A stretch of 64,000 bases of DNA, taken from Terracidiphilus sp. (lineage in GTDB: Bacteria > Acidobacteriota > Terriglobia > Terriglobales > Acidobacteriaceae). The DNA is taken from positions 73,610 to 137,609 of the forward strand of contig JBEKJR010000008.1 of NCBI GenBank assembly GCA_050011175.1, given 5' to 3'. Below, in pieces: positions 47,456 to 59,037 of the stretch. How positions within the stretch are numbered: position 1 is the first letter of the stretch; each line of letters begins with the position of its first letter. Position numbers and translations under genes: made by a program. Below the pieces are notes generated by a model. It did no database searches. It was given only the letters and a program-made list of their open reading frames with translations, and had not been told where the DNA came from.

Positions 47456-48301
47456 ATGAAACTCGGCCTGATTGCCGGCAATGGGCGGTTTCCGTTTTTG
47501 CTGTTGGATGCGGCGCGGGCGCAGGGGCTGGCGGTGGTGGTGGCGGCCATCCGCGAGGAGACGGACGCAAAGATCGACCGGCGCGCGGCCGCCGACAGCG
47601 GCATCAGCGTCTATTGGCTTTCGCTGGGCGAGCTGTCGCGGCTGATTGAGACTTTTCACAACGAAGGCGTCAAGAAGGCGGTGATGGCCGGGCAGGTGAA
47701 GCACAAGCAGATTTTTTCCAGCATCCGGCCGGACTGGCGGCTGGCCAAACTGCTGCTGAATTTGCCGGTGCGCTCGACGGACAGGCTGATAGGCGCGGTG
47801 GCCAAGGTGCTGGAGGATGAGGGCATTGAGCTGATCAGTTCAACGGCATTTCTGGAGCCGCTGCTGGCGCAGGAGGGCGTGCTGACGGAGCGCGCTCCGG
47901 ACGAGGAGGAGCGCAGGAACATCGAGTACGGGCTGGAAGTGGCGCGCGCCGTGGCGGGATTCGACATTGGGCAGACGGTGGTGGTGGCGGCGCAGGCCTG
48001 CGTGGCGGTGGAGGCGATGGAAGGGACCGACGCGGCCATTGAGCGGGCCGGGCGGCTGATGCAGACGTTGGAAGCAGATGCGTCAACGCTGGAGCGGCGG
48101 CTGACGGTGGTCAAGGTGGCCAAGCCCAATCAGGATATGCGCTTCGACGTGCCGGTGATCGGGATGGCAACTATCGAGACGATGATTCACGCCGGGGCGA
48201 GTTGCCTTTCGGTCGAGGCTGGGCGGACTTTGCTTTTTGACCGTGAGGCTCTGCTGAAGAAGGCTGCGGAGGCGGGGATTGCGATTATCAGTGGACAGTG
48301 A
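47456..48301 (+). CDS. lpxI: UDP-2,3-diacylglucosamine pyrophosphatase
   Basis: LIAGNGRFP, DIGQTVVV, AMEGTD and DMRFDVP motifs; follows lpxA. Confidence 0.93.
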   Translation: MKLGLIAGNGRFPFLLLDAARAQGLAVVVAAIREETDAKIDRRAAADSGISVYWLSLGELSRLIETFHNEGVKKAVMAGQVKHKQIFSSIRPDWRLAKLLLNLPVRSTDRLIGAVAKVLEDEGIELISSTAFLEPLLAQEGVLTERAPDEEERRNIEYGLEVARAVAGFDIGQTVVVAAQACVAVEAMEGTDAAIERAGRLMQTLEADASTLERRLTVVKVAKPNQDMRFDVPVIGMATIETMIHAGASCLSVEAGRTLLFDREALLKKAAEAGIAIISGQ

Positions 48302-48316
48302 ACAGTGGACAGTGAA
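48289..48316. repeat. Heptamer array CAGTG(G/A)A x4 containing the lpxI stop
   Basis: cagtgga cagtgaa cagtgga cagtgaa. Confidence 0.8.
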
Positions 48317-48340
48317 TCGTGGCTGGCGGACGGCAACAGA

Positions 48341-48410
48341 CAAAAACAACCGCAGGTCCTTCGACTGCGTTTGGTGCATCAACGCACCAAATTCCGCTCA
48401 GGATGACAGC
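48341..48410. repeat. Free-standing family C element
   Basis: gcaggtccttcgactgcg...gctcaggatgaca. Confidence 0.75.
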
Positions 48411-48507
48411 TTTGTTATTGTGGAATCGTTTGGGGCCAGATCAAGCATTACAAAACTCTCTGCGTCCCGATTGGCACATTTCCCATCCAACGGAGCGGAG
48501 GATCCCC

Positions 48508-49080
48508 ATGAGAATTCCCCTTCTCTTTATCCTTTTTGCGGTTGCTGTGGTTGTGGTTGCGTTCGTCGCCGTCCGAGCGGCTGGACAAAATGGACAAAAT
48601 GAACAAGTTCTGCCCACGGCCGGGCAGGTTGCGCCCGGCTTTACGCTTCCCTCGCAGGACGGCTCCGAGATTTCATTGGCGAGCTTTCGCGGCAAGTGGG
48701 TGGTGCTTTATTTCTATCCCAAGGACATGACCTCGGGCTGCACCATCGAAGCGCACAACTTTCAGCGCGACCAGGCGCAATATGACGCCGCCAACGCGGT
48801 GATTCTTGGCGTGAGCGTGGATACGCCCGACAGCCACAAACAGTTCTGCACCAAAGAGGGGCTGACCTTCCGCCTGCTGGCCGATCCGGAGCACAAGGTG
48901 GTGGAGGTCTACGGGTCGCTAGGCAACTATATGGGAATCAAGATCGCCAACCGGCATACCTTCCTCATTGACCCGGCGGGCAAGATTGCCAGGGTGTGGA
49001 CCAAGGTTGAGGTCCACCAGCACTCCGCGGAGGTGCTGGCGGCGCTGGCCGAACTCGAAAAGGCCGAACCCAGGAAATAG
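48508..49080 (+). CDS. bcp: Peroxiredoxin (BCP/PrxQ) with N-terminal signal or anchor
   Basis: YFYPKDMTSGCTIEA and GVSVD motifs. Confidence 0.88.
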   Translation: MRIPLLFILFAVAVVVVAFVAVRAAGQNGQNEQVLPTAGQVAPGFTLPSQDGSEISLASFRGKWVVLYFYPKDMTSGCTIEAHNFQRDQAQYDAANAVILGVSVDTPDSHKQFCTKEGLTFRLLADPEHKVVEVYGSLGNYMGIKIANRHTFLIDPAGKIARVWTKVEVHQHSAEVLAALAELEKAEPRK

Positions 49081-49099
49081 ATCACCGGAGTCCAGGCGC

Positions 49100-49129
49100 A
49101 AAAAAGCCCAGCGCGAGCCGGGCCTTTTT
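49100..49129. terminator. Bidirectional intrinsic terminator
   Basis: A-tract, GC hairpin and T-tract between convergent genes. Confidence 0.6.
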
Positions 49130-49205
49130 GCTTGCCTCAAATTTCAGGCTGCCACTGCTACATGGTTGCCTACTTAGCAGGGGCCTACTTCTTCTTCGCA
49201 GTAGC

Positions 49206-49670
49206 CTACTTCTTCTTCTTCTTGGCAACTGCCTTCTTGGCCTTGCCCTTCTTGGCAGGCTTCTTCTTTGCTGCTTTCTTAACGGCCAACTTTTTACCTC
49301 GTTTGTTGGATTTTCCGGCGCTCTTCTTGCGCGCAGCGGCCTTTTTAGCCCCTGCCCTTCCGCCCTTTGCGCCAGCCTTTCTCTTCTTTGCGGCGGACTT
49401 CTTTGCAGCCTTTTTGGCCACAACCTTTTTCCCGGCTGCTTTCTTTGCCTTTTTCTTCGCGGCCTTTCGGGGGGCCGGTTTCGATGCTGGTTTTGCCACG
49501 CCCACAATCACCGACTCTGCAACTACTCCCTCATCATCGTCCGAGGAGGTAAGCACGCTGTAGGATTCAATCTCTTCATCCTCTTCAAAGTCGTTGTGAC
49601 CGGACTCAAACGCGCCCGGCTTATAATTCGATTCGCCGTCGCTCATTGCGTACATCTTGAACTCTTCCAT
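49206..49670 (-). CDS. Acidic-N / Lys-Ala-rich histone H1-like protein
   Basis: Asp/Glu-rich N-half followed by AAKK/KKAA repeats. Confidence 0.75.
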   Translation of the reverse strand: MEEFKMYAMSDGESNYKPGAFESGHNDFEEDEEIESYSVLTSSDDDEGVVAESVIVGVAKPASKPAPRKAAKKKAKKAAGKKVVAKKAAKKSAAKKRKAGAKGGRAGAKKAAARKKSAGKSNKRGKKLAVKKAAKKKPAKKGKAKKAVAKKKKK

Positions 49671-49824
49671 CCCATTGCCTCCAGCGGCCTGCCGCTGCCC
49701 AAATTTTTCATTTACATTTTCACGTAACGGAAAAACCCTGGTTCCGCCCGCGTAAGTATTCTAGCAATAGATTGCACGCAAACACCAGCAATTGACAAGC
49801 ACGAAATGCAGATTTTGAAAAATA

Positions 49825-51759
49825 TTATTTTGCCGTATGATCCCTGGCGGCAGCGGCTGGTTTCCTGGCGGGGGATTTTCCGGCGTTCGCGGCCCCGGAT
49901 TTCTTGGCAGCGGGAGCGGTGGCGGGGTGTTTCAGGGGCGCTTTTTTCGGGGCCGGGGCGCTGTTATTCTTCGGCGCGGCCGGCGGCGCGGCTTTATTTA
50001 CAGCGCCTTTTGCAGGCGCGGACTGGCCTGTATTGGCGCCCGTATGAGCGCCGGCGCCGCGATGCGCGCGAGCGGCAGTGTGGTGAATAGTGGAGGGATC
50101 GGCCACATACAGCCGCTGACCGGGCTGAACTTTGGTCCCGGTGACCTTATTCCAGCGGCGCAACTGGTTCAGTGAGACGCCGAAACGGTCAGAGATGGTG
50201 ACCAGCGTATCGCCTTTGCGCGCCGTGTAGAGCCGCGGATGGGTCACGGGCTCGGCGACCGGCGGCGTAGGCACAAGCAGAGCCTCGAGGCCGTCGATGC
50301 CATCGCGCACGCGCAAATGATTGGCCGCGGCCAGCGCCACTTCCGTCACGCGATACTTAAGCGCCACCGACGCCAGCGTATCCTCAGGCGCAACGCGATG
50401 GTAGCGCCAGGCATTCCGCTTGCCTTCCGGAACCGTCGCAATGAGCTGCTCAAAGACCGCCGACGCACCGCCGGGCAGATGCAGGTCGAACGACGTGTCG
50501 GGCGGCGTTGTCATGCGCAACAGGCTGGGGTTCAGCGCCGTAAGCTCATCCACCGGCACGCCTACAATATCCGAGACCAGCCGCAGGTTTACCGGGTAGT
50601 TGATGGTCACCGTGTCGGTCAAAACGGGGGGATCAAGCGTGACATCGTCAAAGCCGTACCGCGCGGGATTGTTGGCGATTATGATGGCGGCCAGAATCTC
50701 GGGCACGTAATTTCTGGTTTCCCGGGGAAATTCGCCGCGCTTATAAAGCTCCCAGTAGTCGGCATAACCGGTCTTCTGCACCTCTCGCTGGATGTTGCCG
50801 GTGCCATGGTCGTAGGCGGCCATGGACAAATACCAGTCGCCGAGTTGTTCGTAGATGAACTTCATGTAGCGGGCGTAGGCGCGGGTGGATTTTTCCGGAT
50901 CGAAGCGCTCGTCCACATAAGCGTTGCGGACCAGCCCGTAGTTTCCGCGCGGCATGAACTGCCACATACCGCCGGCCCGGGAGCGGCGATTGACCGCGCG
51001 GGGCTGAAAGCCGGACTCGGCGACCGCCAGGTAGATAAGATCCTGGGGCACGCCCTCCTCGGCCAGGATGCGCTGGATCATGGCCTTATAGCGGCCGGCG
51101 CGCTCGAAGGAGTGGAGCAGAGTGTAGTGGCCGCGCTGCGTAGTGGAGAAAAAGCTTATGTAGGCGGCCACGTATTCGTTGACCACCAGCGGCAGGTCGG
51201 ATTTGGTGGTAGCCAGATCGGCCCTGGCTTTGGCCACGATGTTGGGGTCCACCGCAAAGGTCACGTCCTCGGCCACGTCGGCGGGCGTCTCCTCTTCCCT
51301 GGGGACAAATCCATTGCCCTGCTTGAGGGCCTCCATCTCCAGCGCATTGATCGCGTCTACGATGCGGTCGAACTCCTCCTGCAACTCGGGAGTGCTCTTG
51401 ATGTCGATGCCGCAGGTAAGCATCAGGTCCACGGCGCGATCGAACTGCTGCTTGGCCTCGCGCAATCGTCCCTTGCGATACTCAGCCTGGCCGCCGGCGT
51501 AGGCGTCCTCCACCTGCTGGATGAGCAAACGGACCTGCTGCTGCTGACGGGTAAGCGTGCGCGGCGCTGGAGCGGGAGCCGGGAGGGCTTGCGCGGGCGC
51601 AGCCGAGTTTGCGTTCGCTCCCAACGTGAGCGCGGGCGCCGTAGCTTGTGGCTGTGTGCCCCGCGGGGCGCCCGCGGGCGTAGTGGGGTAGCAGCCTGCC
51701 AGCGAGAGAGCCAGCACGGAACATCCGAAGGGTCGATACCACATTCTGCCAAGGCGCAT
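49825..51759 (-). CDS. mltD: Lytic transglycosylase with LysM domains (MltD-like)
   Basis: LAVAESGF, GMWQFM, AAYDHG and ETRNYVP motifs, LysM repeats, Ala/Pro/Lys tail. Confidence 0.88.
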   Translation of the reverse strand: MRLGRMWYRPFGCSVLALSLAGCYPTTPAGAPRGTQPQATAPALTLGANANSAAPAQALPAPAPAPRTLTRQQQQVRLLIQQVEDAYAGGQAEYRKGRLREAKQQFDRAVDLMLTCGIDIKSTPELQEEFDRIVDAINALEMEALKQGNGFVPREEETPADVAEDVTFAVDPNIVAKARADLATTKSDLPLVVNEYVAAYISFFSTTQRGHYTLLHSFERAGRYKAMIQRILAEEGVPQDLIYLAVAESGFQPRAVNRRSRAGGMWQFMPRGNYGLVRNAYVDERFDPEKSTRAYARYMKFIYEQLGDWYLSMAAYDHGTGNIQREVQKTGYADYWELYKRGEFPRETRNYVPEILAAIIIANNPARYGFDDVTLDPPVLTDTVTINYPVNLRLVSDIVGVPVDELTALNPSLLRMTTPPDTSFDLHLPGGASAVFEQLIATVPEGKRNAWRYHRVAPEDTLASVALKYRVTEVALAAANHLRVRDGIDGLEALLVPTPPVAEPVTHPRLYTARKGDTLVTISDRFGVSLNQLRRWNKVTGTKVQPGQRLYVADPSTIHHTAARAHRGAGAHTGANTGQSAPAKGAVNKAAPPAAPKNNSAPAPKKAPLKHPATAPAAKKSGAANAGKSPARKPAAAARDHTAK

Positions 51760-51850
51760 AAGGGAACCTGTTGCTCTATGCCGATGATAAGCTATGGCCT
51801 GAGGACATGCGCGCCGCAAGAGCGTGAAAAGCCTCTTTCACCAAGCCAAA

Positions 51851-53662
<1,812 letters not shown>

Positions 53663-53671
53663 GCGCCGATT

Positions 53672-53923
53672 TGTGATGCAATTCACAATTATTTAATCAG
53701 GATATGTGGATAACCCCGAAAAGCCCGCAAACATGCCCCTGCAACTAGCGTCTGCACCTAGAACAGGGCATTCTCCTGATGGTGATTGATAAATAAGGGG
53801 TTGCGTTGTGTATCAAAAGAATCAGTTCTTGGCAAGAGGATTTTTTTTGAATTAATTGATAGGGTTCGCGAAAGTGATCCACAGGTTTTTCCACAGCACA
53901 GTATGGGAAGAAGCGGTGGATAG
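53672..53923. promoter_or_regulatory. CRP/FNR-type palindrome plus a cluster of DnaA-box-like 9-mers in an AT-rich spacer
   Basis: TGTGA-N6-TCACA at 53672; TGTGGATAA at 53705, TGTGTATCA at 53807, TGATCCACA at 53875, TTTTCCACA at 53887. Confidence 0.6.
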
Positions 53924-53974
53924 TTCAAATGACGGACAGCCGTTGCGGAGGAGATGAAATGCGCCGCAGAACGG

Positions 53975-54001
53975 CAAGAGCCCCGTAATGCGGGGCTCTT
54001 G
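53975..54001. terminator. Hairpin terminator downstream of skp
   Basis: caagagccccg-taatg-cggggctcttg. Confidence 0.7.
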
Positions 54002-54028
54002 TGCCATTGTCTTTGGGCGGTGAAGCCT

Positions 54029-54649
54029 TTAGTTGGCGGGAGGCTTTGCGGTCGGCCGGGCCGGCGCTGCCGGCGGGGCCGGAGGAGCGGGCACGCCCGA
54101 CTTCAGGTTGTAGGCATCGATGATCTGCTTGGTGATGTTGGTGGACTCACTGGCGTAGAGCACAACGGGAGCCTGCTGCTGGCTGCCGGTTACGTCAAAG
54201 ACCACCGTGTAGCCCTGCTGCTGTGCGTAGTTGGCCAAAACATCGTAGACCTTGGCGGCCAGGCTGTTGTAAATCTCCGACATCTCCGCTTGGAAGTCGT
54301 TTTGGGCGTCCTCGGCGGCGCGATCCAACTGCTTCTTTTTGTCATCGATAGCCTTGGCGCGGCTGGCGCGTTCAGTATCGCTCAACTTGTCGGCCTGCGC
54401 CTGGAGCTGTTTGGTCAGGCCGTCGATCTCATCGCTCAGGGCCTTGAGCTGCTGGCGCTTGGGATCGTACTTCTTTTGCAGGTCAGAGAAGTTGCGCTGG
54501 CCCTCATTGGTTTGGGCAACGGCCACCTGAAAGGCGATCACAGCAATCTTTGCCGGGCCGGCAGGGGCAGCAGTGGCGGGAGTTTGGGCAGCGGCGCTCA
54601 GGACAAAACCAGAGGCCAGCGTAACGATAAGTGCAAGCGAACGCTTCAT
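54029..54649 (-). CDS. skp: OmpH/Skp periplasmic chaperone
   Basis: Signal peptide, KIAVI...coiled coil...YTVVFD...NITKQII; downstream of bamA. Confidence 0.92.
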   Translation of the reverse strand: MKRSLALIVTLASGFVLSAAAQTPATAAPAGPAKIAVIAFQVAVAQTNEGQRNFSDLQKKYDPKRQQLKALSDEIDGLTKQLQAQADKLSDTERASRAKAIDDKKKQLDRAAEDAQNDFQAEMSEIYNSLAAKVYDVLANYAQQQGYTVVFDVTGSQQQAPVVLYASESTNITKQIIDAYNLKSGVPAPPAPPAAPARPTAKPPAN

Positions 54650-54811
54650 GCGAGTGTAATGCTCCTTCGGAGTTCCTGTGAGTCTGCCTGCGTTTAGCGC
54701 GACAGCAGACTGGCGCCTCCTGAGCAACCTCCCGGTCTATTCAAAACCCCGCGCCGGAAGGAGCAGAGGCAGGAAAAGACATGGACGAAGACGTCAGCAG
54801 GAACTAGATGG

Positions 54812-54840
54812 ATTATAGGAGCCGGGGGTGAGAGCGTCAA
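54812..54840 (-). promoter_or_regulatory. Sigma-70 promoter for skp
   Basis: TTGACG-N17-TATAAT on the minus strand. Confidence 0.75.
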
Positions 54841-54942
54841 ACCGGCCGGGCGTCAAAAAAGGGTAAAACAACAAAAATCCGCGAAAAGTAGAGGCTGCAG
54901 GCCGGCCTCCTCAGTTGAAATCCCGCCTATAGCCACGCCAGC

Positions 54943-54969
54943 AAAAGGGCCGCTCCTGTCGAGCGGCCC
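54943..54969 (-). terminator. Intrinsic terminator after bamA
   Basis: gggccgctc-gacag-gagcggccc-tttt on the minus strand. Confidence 0.75.
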
Positions 54970-54995
54970 TGGATATTGCTTACTGAAAGTTGCGC

Positions 54996-57965
54996 CTAGA
55001 ATGTGGTGGAAATGGTCAGGCGGAAGGTTTTGCGCGGCTCCCGGAAGATGTCGCGCGCGCCGTAAGCAGAGATGACCTCGCCGTAGGTGTAGTCGCCTGC
55101 GCCACCCTGCGGGAACATGGAGCGAGTGATCAGTTCAGCCGAACAGCTCTGGCTCCTGCTTCCAATACCAAGGTCGCAGTAGGGCTTGTCATAGAGCCGC
55201 ATCGGGTTGAAGGCGTAGAAGAGGCGGAAGGGGGCGTTGATGACCGGCATGATGACGGAAAGCTCGACACCAGTGGACATGCGAGGAACGAAGTTGGTTC
55301 CGGCGAGGGGGTGGATATCGCGTTGGAAGCCGACCTGCGATCCGGGAATGCCGCCCTGGCAGGCGCCGTTATTCCACACCGGGCAACCGTAGAGGGGCGC
55401 GGTGAGCGAGGCAAAACCTTCCGGGCTCTGCTTTAACTGCCCCTTATTCAGGATCACATTGAGGCCGAAGTCATTAAAGAAGGAGAAGGTAACCGGTCCG
55501 GCGATGGGAATGCGGTACTCGACATTGGTTGTAAAGTTGGTGTCGCCGCCGATGGAGGCGATGCCGTAGACCGGAATCGGCACCTGGATGCACTGATTCA
55601 ACTGGGGATTGGTTGGGTCACGCGGCACGCAGGTTCCATCCGGATTGGTCAACTGCACATTAACGCGAGTGGGCACATATCCGTAGGGGGTTGCGGCACG
55701 AACGTCAAATCCGCGCAAGTCCATCTCGCCGCCGGCGTAGAAGCGGTTGTTGGGCGGGGCCACATCGCCGCCGTATCCCTGCACGTAGCCCAACTGCGCG
55801 CGCACGCCGAGCACGTTGCGCCCGGTGGACGAGGGTATCAGGTAGTGCATGGGCAGGTACTGTTTATAGGCCACCATGGGCGCGAAATAACGCACATTGC
55901 CCCAGATGCCGGAGGTCTGGAACACGGCAGTGTATTCCTTGCCGGTGCGCGGGCGCATGGGGTTGTTGACGGTGTTGTACATGTAGCTAATGGAGGCAAG
56001 GCTGTTGACGATGCCGGCCAGCGCATTGGACCCCTGAATGCCCGAGCGGAAGCTAATGGTCTGGAAATAGGTCTGTGAGGCGGTGCTGAATGCGGTAATC
56101 GTCGCCCTGCTCAACGAATAGGTAAATCCAACGCGCTGAAAGGCATGGCGCTTGAGCGGATAGCTGACCGAAAAGGATATGCCGGTGGCGGCCTGGTTGT
56201 AGTTCTGGATCATCGATTCCTGCGCCGAGGTCAGGTTAGCCGACTGGCCGGTGGTGGCCTGGTAGTTCTTTGCCGCGTTATAGTCCTGCTTGTTGTTGTA
56301 GATCTGAAAGCCTATGTTAATGGGGCGATTGCGGACATAGGGTTGGGTGAAGCCGAACATGAAGGTGCGGCTGACGTTGCCCAGATTGCCTTGCAGGCTA
56401 AGGGTTTCTCCCAGGCCCAGGAAGTTGTTGGTCTGGTAGTTGATGCCGATGAATGCGCCGGAGAGGCCGCTCAAGCCGCCGTTCATGCCGATGGAGTTCT
56501 TGCCTTTCTCCTTGACCTTGAGCAGCAGTTCCACGGTGCCGGCATCAGCATCCTGGTGGGCCTCCGAGTCCTGATCCACTTTGAGGGGTTCAAAGTACTC
56601 AAGCTGGTTGAGGCGGAGCAGGCTGTACTCCCAGAGTTGCGAGTTGTATACCTGGCCTTCTTCCAGCATCAGTTCGCGGCGAATGACCTTGTCGCGGGTG
56701 ATGCGGTTGCCCTGGAACTCGATGCGCGAGACGTAAAAGGGCTTGCCCTCGTCAATGTCGATGTTGAGCGAGACGGTCTTTTTCTGGTCGTCAAAGAGGG
56801 GTTTGGGGATGGCGCCGAAGTTGATATAGCCCAATTGCCCGTATGCCTTCTTGAGGTTCTCCAGCCCCTTGCCGATCAGCGTGGCGTTGAACCAGTCGCC
56901 GTCCTTAACGGCAAAAGTAGCGCGCAGGGCCCTGACGTTCGTCACCGCCTTGTTGCCGGTGAAGGTGATGGATCCGAGCCGGTAGCGCGCGCCCTCTTCA
57001 ATGGGCATGAGAATATCGATGCGCTTGCCCTTTCTGGGGCGGAAGGTGAACCAATTAAGCCCGCCTTCGTCACGAATCTGCGTCTTGGGCTCCTCGACAG
57101 CGGTGTTGTAATAGCCTTTGTCGCGGAAGGCCTGGCGTACCCGCTCGGTATCCTCCTCGAGCTTGGTGGCGTCGAAGGTCTGGGCGAACAAATTCTCGAA
57201 GATAATCGAATAGGGAATGCCGATGGGCTTCAGGTTCTTCATGGAGCGGCGCAAGGGCAGGTAGCCCAGGTGCTGGTTTCCCGTGAACTTGATCTGGCCC
57301 ACCTTGACCGTGGGGCCTTCCTTGATGTTGAAGTTGACCTGCACCGAAGCCGGAGGGATGGTCTTCACCTCGGTTTTGATGGTGGCAAACTGGTGGCCGT
57401 GCTCGGAGAGGATGTCCTTGAGGACGGTCTCGGCCCGCTTGATTTTGGTCGGATCGTACTGGCTCTCCACCGAGAGCGGAACCTTTTCCTTCTTAAAGCG
57501 GTCGAGCACGTCCGACACGGAAACGGCGTTGAGGCCTTTGTAGTTAATCTCACGGATGGTGGGCCTCTCCACGACGAAGATATTCAGGATGATGCCCTTT
57601 TCCGAGTCCTCTCGCTCAATGCGCACATTGTCGAAGTACGACGTGTTCCACAGCGAGTTGAAGTCGCGCTCAATGGAGATTGGGTCGTAGGCGTCGCCAG
57701 GGTGGGTAAAGAGCCGGGCCAGGATGGTCTCTTTGGGGATGCGCCGGTTGCCGATGACGCGAATGGATTCAATGGTCTGCGGCTGCTGGGCCAGGGCTGC
57801 GGCGGCGGAGAGCGCCAGCGCGAGCACAAGCATCGTATACGCCAGACGGCTTGTGATCCGCAGGGCGCGGGAGATGGAAATGTGCTCGATCTTCACCGGG
57901 CGAGAGCCCTGTGCTGAGCACACATACTGGTGCGGTCCATAGTTCGCCATCACGTTCGGCTTCAC
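54996..57965 (-). CDS. bamA: Outer membrane assembly factor
   Basis: POTRA repeats (GNRRI, GNKAV, GNRITRDKVIRRE), FYAGGEMDLRGF and C-terminal Phe; exact start uncertain. Confidence 0.96.
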   Translation of the reverse strand: MKPNVMANYGPHQYVCSAQGSRPVKIEHISISRALRITSRLAYTMLVLALALSAAAALAQQPQTIESIRVIGNRRIPKETILARLFTHPGDAYDPISIERDFNSLWNTSYFDNVRIEREDSEKGIILNIFVVERPTIREINYKGLNAVSVSDVLDRFKKEKVPLSVESQYDPTKIKRAETVLKDILSEHGHQFATIKTEVKTIPPASVQVNFNIKEGPTVKVGQIKFTGNQHLGYLPLRRSMKNLKPIGIPYSIIFENLFAQTFDATKLEEDTERVRQAFRDKGYYNTAVEEPKTQIRDEGGLNWFTFRPRKGKRIDILMPIEEGARYRLGSITFTGNKAVTNVRALRATFAVKDGDWFNATLIGKGLENLKKAYGQLGYINFGAIPKPLFDDQKKTVSLNIDIDEGKPFYVSRIEFQGNRITRDKVIRRELMLEEGQVYNSQLWEYSLLRLNQLEYFEPLKVDQDSEAHQDADAGTVELLLKVKEKGKNSIGMNGGLSGLSGAFIGINYQTNNFLGLGETLSLQGNLGNVSRTFMFGFTQPYVRNRPINIGFQIYNNKQDYNAAKNYQATTGQSANLTSAQESMIQNYNQAATGISFSVSYPLKRHAFQRVGFTYSLSRATITAFSTASQTYFQTISFRSGIQGSNALAGIVNSLASISYMYNTVNNPMRPRTGKEYTAVFQTSGIWGNVRYFAPMVAYKQYLPMHYLIPSSTGRNVLGVRAQLGYVQGYGGDVAPPNNRFYAGGEMDLRGFDVRAATPYGYVPTRVNVQLTNPDGTCVPRDPTNPQLNQCIQVPIPVYGIASIGGDTNFTTNVEYRIPIAGPVTFSFFNDFGLNVILNKGQLKQSPEGFASLTAPLYGCPVWNNGACQGGIPGSQVGFQRDIHPLAGTNFVPRMSTGVELSVIMPVINAPFRLFYAFNPMRLYDKPYCDLGIGSRSQSCSAELITRSMFPQGGAGDYTYGEVISAYGARDIFREPRKTFRLTISTTF

Positions 57966-58025
57966 GGGAAGAATATCGACACCCTCGTTGCTGAAAATCT
58001 GGTCCTGCCTAGAGGAAAAACCAAT

Positions 58026-58150
58026 TTTACCACCCCAGCGACATGACTCGTCTTACCACCCCAGGAAGCAAAGCTCGCTTCCTGGGACCTTGTCGCCGGA
58101 ACCCGGCAATCACCCCAGCGAAAAAGACCAGTCTCCGGGGGGTCCAGGAG
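58026..58150. repeat. Family B repeat fragments
   Basis: ccaccccaggaagcaaagctcgcttcctggg resembles the reverse complement of 32311-32341. Confidence 0.6.
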
Positions 58151-58541
58151 AATTGGAACCTATTCCACAGTCTAACGGACGCAGGCGGGTTGGGAGGCCT
58201 TCCCCTACCGCCGGACGGTACAACGTCTATTTTTAGACGCAATCCGGGCGCACAGGACACCCTCTCCAGGTTGAGGTTTTAAGGAGATGGCGGAGGCGGC
58301 AGTCGGCTTGCTGCGATTACGGCTCACGACATAACCGGAGTAGGGGCCTGCGCCTGGTCAGTCTGGAACGGCACCAGGGCGCGCATTCTCCCAAAAATAA
58401 ACCGGCCATTTGGAATTAATTTGCAAATATTCACTTTTTCCCCGTTGCGATTGGCCTCTGCGGTATGCTTCTCCATAACCGGCTTGCAATCCGGCCTTGA
58501 CCAGCGCGAGGGGAAAAGGCCATGCCGGAGGAGGCCGGAGA

Positions 58542-59012
58542 ATGGAGATGGAGACAGAAGGGCGCCGAGATCTTTCCATGATCCTGATCCGGGTGTCGAT
58601 GGGCCTGGTCTTTCTGCTGGAAGGCAGCCTCAAGTTTTTCCGTCCCGAGGAGTTGGGCGCGGAACGTTTCGAGGCGCTTGGCCTGCCCTTCCCTCATTAC
58701 CTGGCGCAGCTTGTAGGGGTGATTGAAATCGGCGGCGGCGCGGCCATTCTGCTGAACGTTTACGCCGGCGATGCCGCGTTCGCGCTGCTGGTGATCATCG
58801 TCACGGCCCTGCTTGCCACCAAGTTCCCCATCCTGCTGGGCAGGCCCCTTGGGCCGTTCCCGCTGGAAAAGCTCAAGGAGTACGGGTGGCTAAGCTTTTT
58901 CCACCAGGCGCGCGCGGATTTTTGCCTAATCTTCTGCCTGCTGGCCATTGTGATTGACTCCGGCCTCAGGTTGGGCCGTAAAAGGCGCTGGTACCAGACC
59001 GGGCCGAATTAG
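58542..59012 (+). CDS. DoxX-family membrane protein
   Basis: LIRVSMGLVFLLEGSLKF and IEIGGGAAILL motifs. Confidence 0.85.
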   Translation: MEMETEGRRDLSMILIRVSMGLVFLLEGSLKFFRPEELGAERFEALGLPFPHYLAQLVGVIEIGGGAAILLNVYAGDAAFALLVIIVTALLATKFPILLGRPLGPFPLEKLKEYGWLSFFHQARADFCLIFCLLAIVIDSGLRLGRKRRWYQTGPN

Positions 59013-59037
59013 CCGGCCGCGGCCAGGCAGGGCGGTG

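Noticed and set aside
49128-49727. Overlapping plus-strand ORFs over the Lys/Ala-rich gene
   Set aside because: Low-complexity codons keep these frames open; their products are implausible
58156-58176. GGAACC...GTCTAA as a sigma-E promoter near bamA
   Set aside because: The spacer is only 9 nt and it points away from bamA
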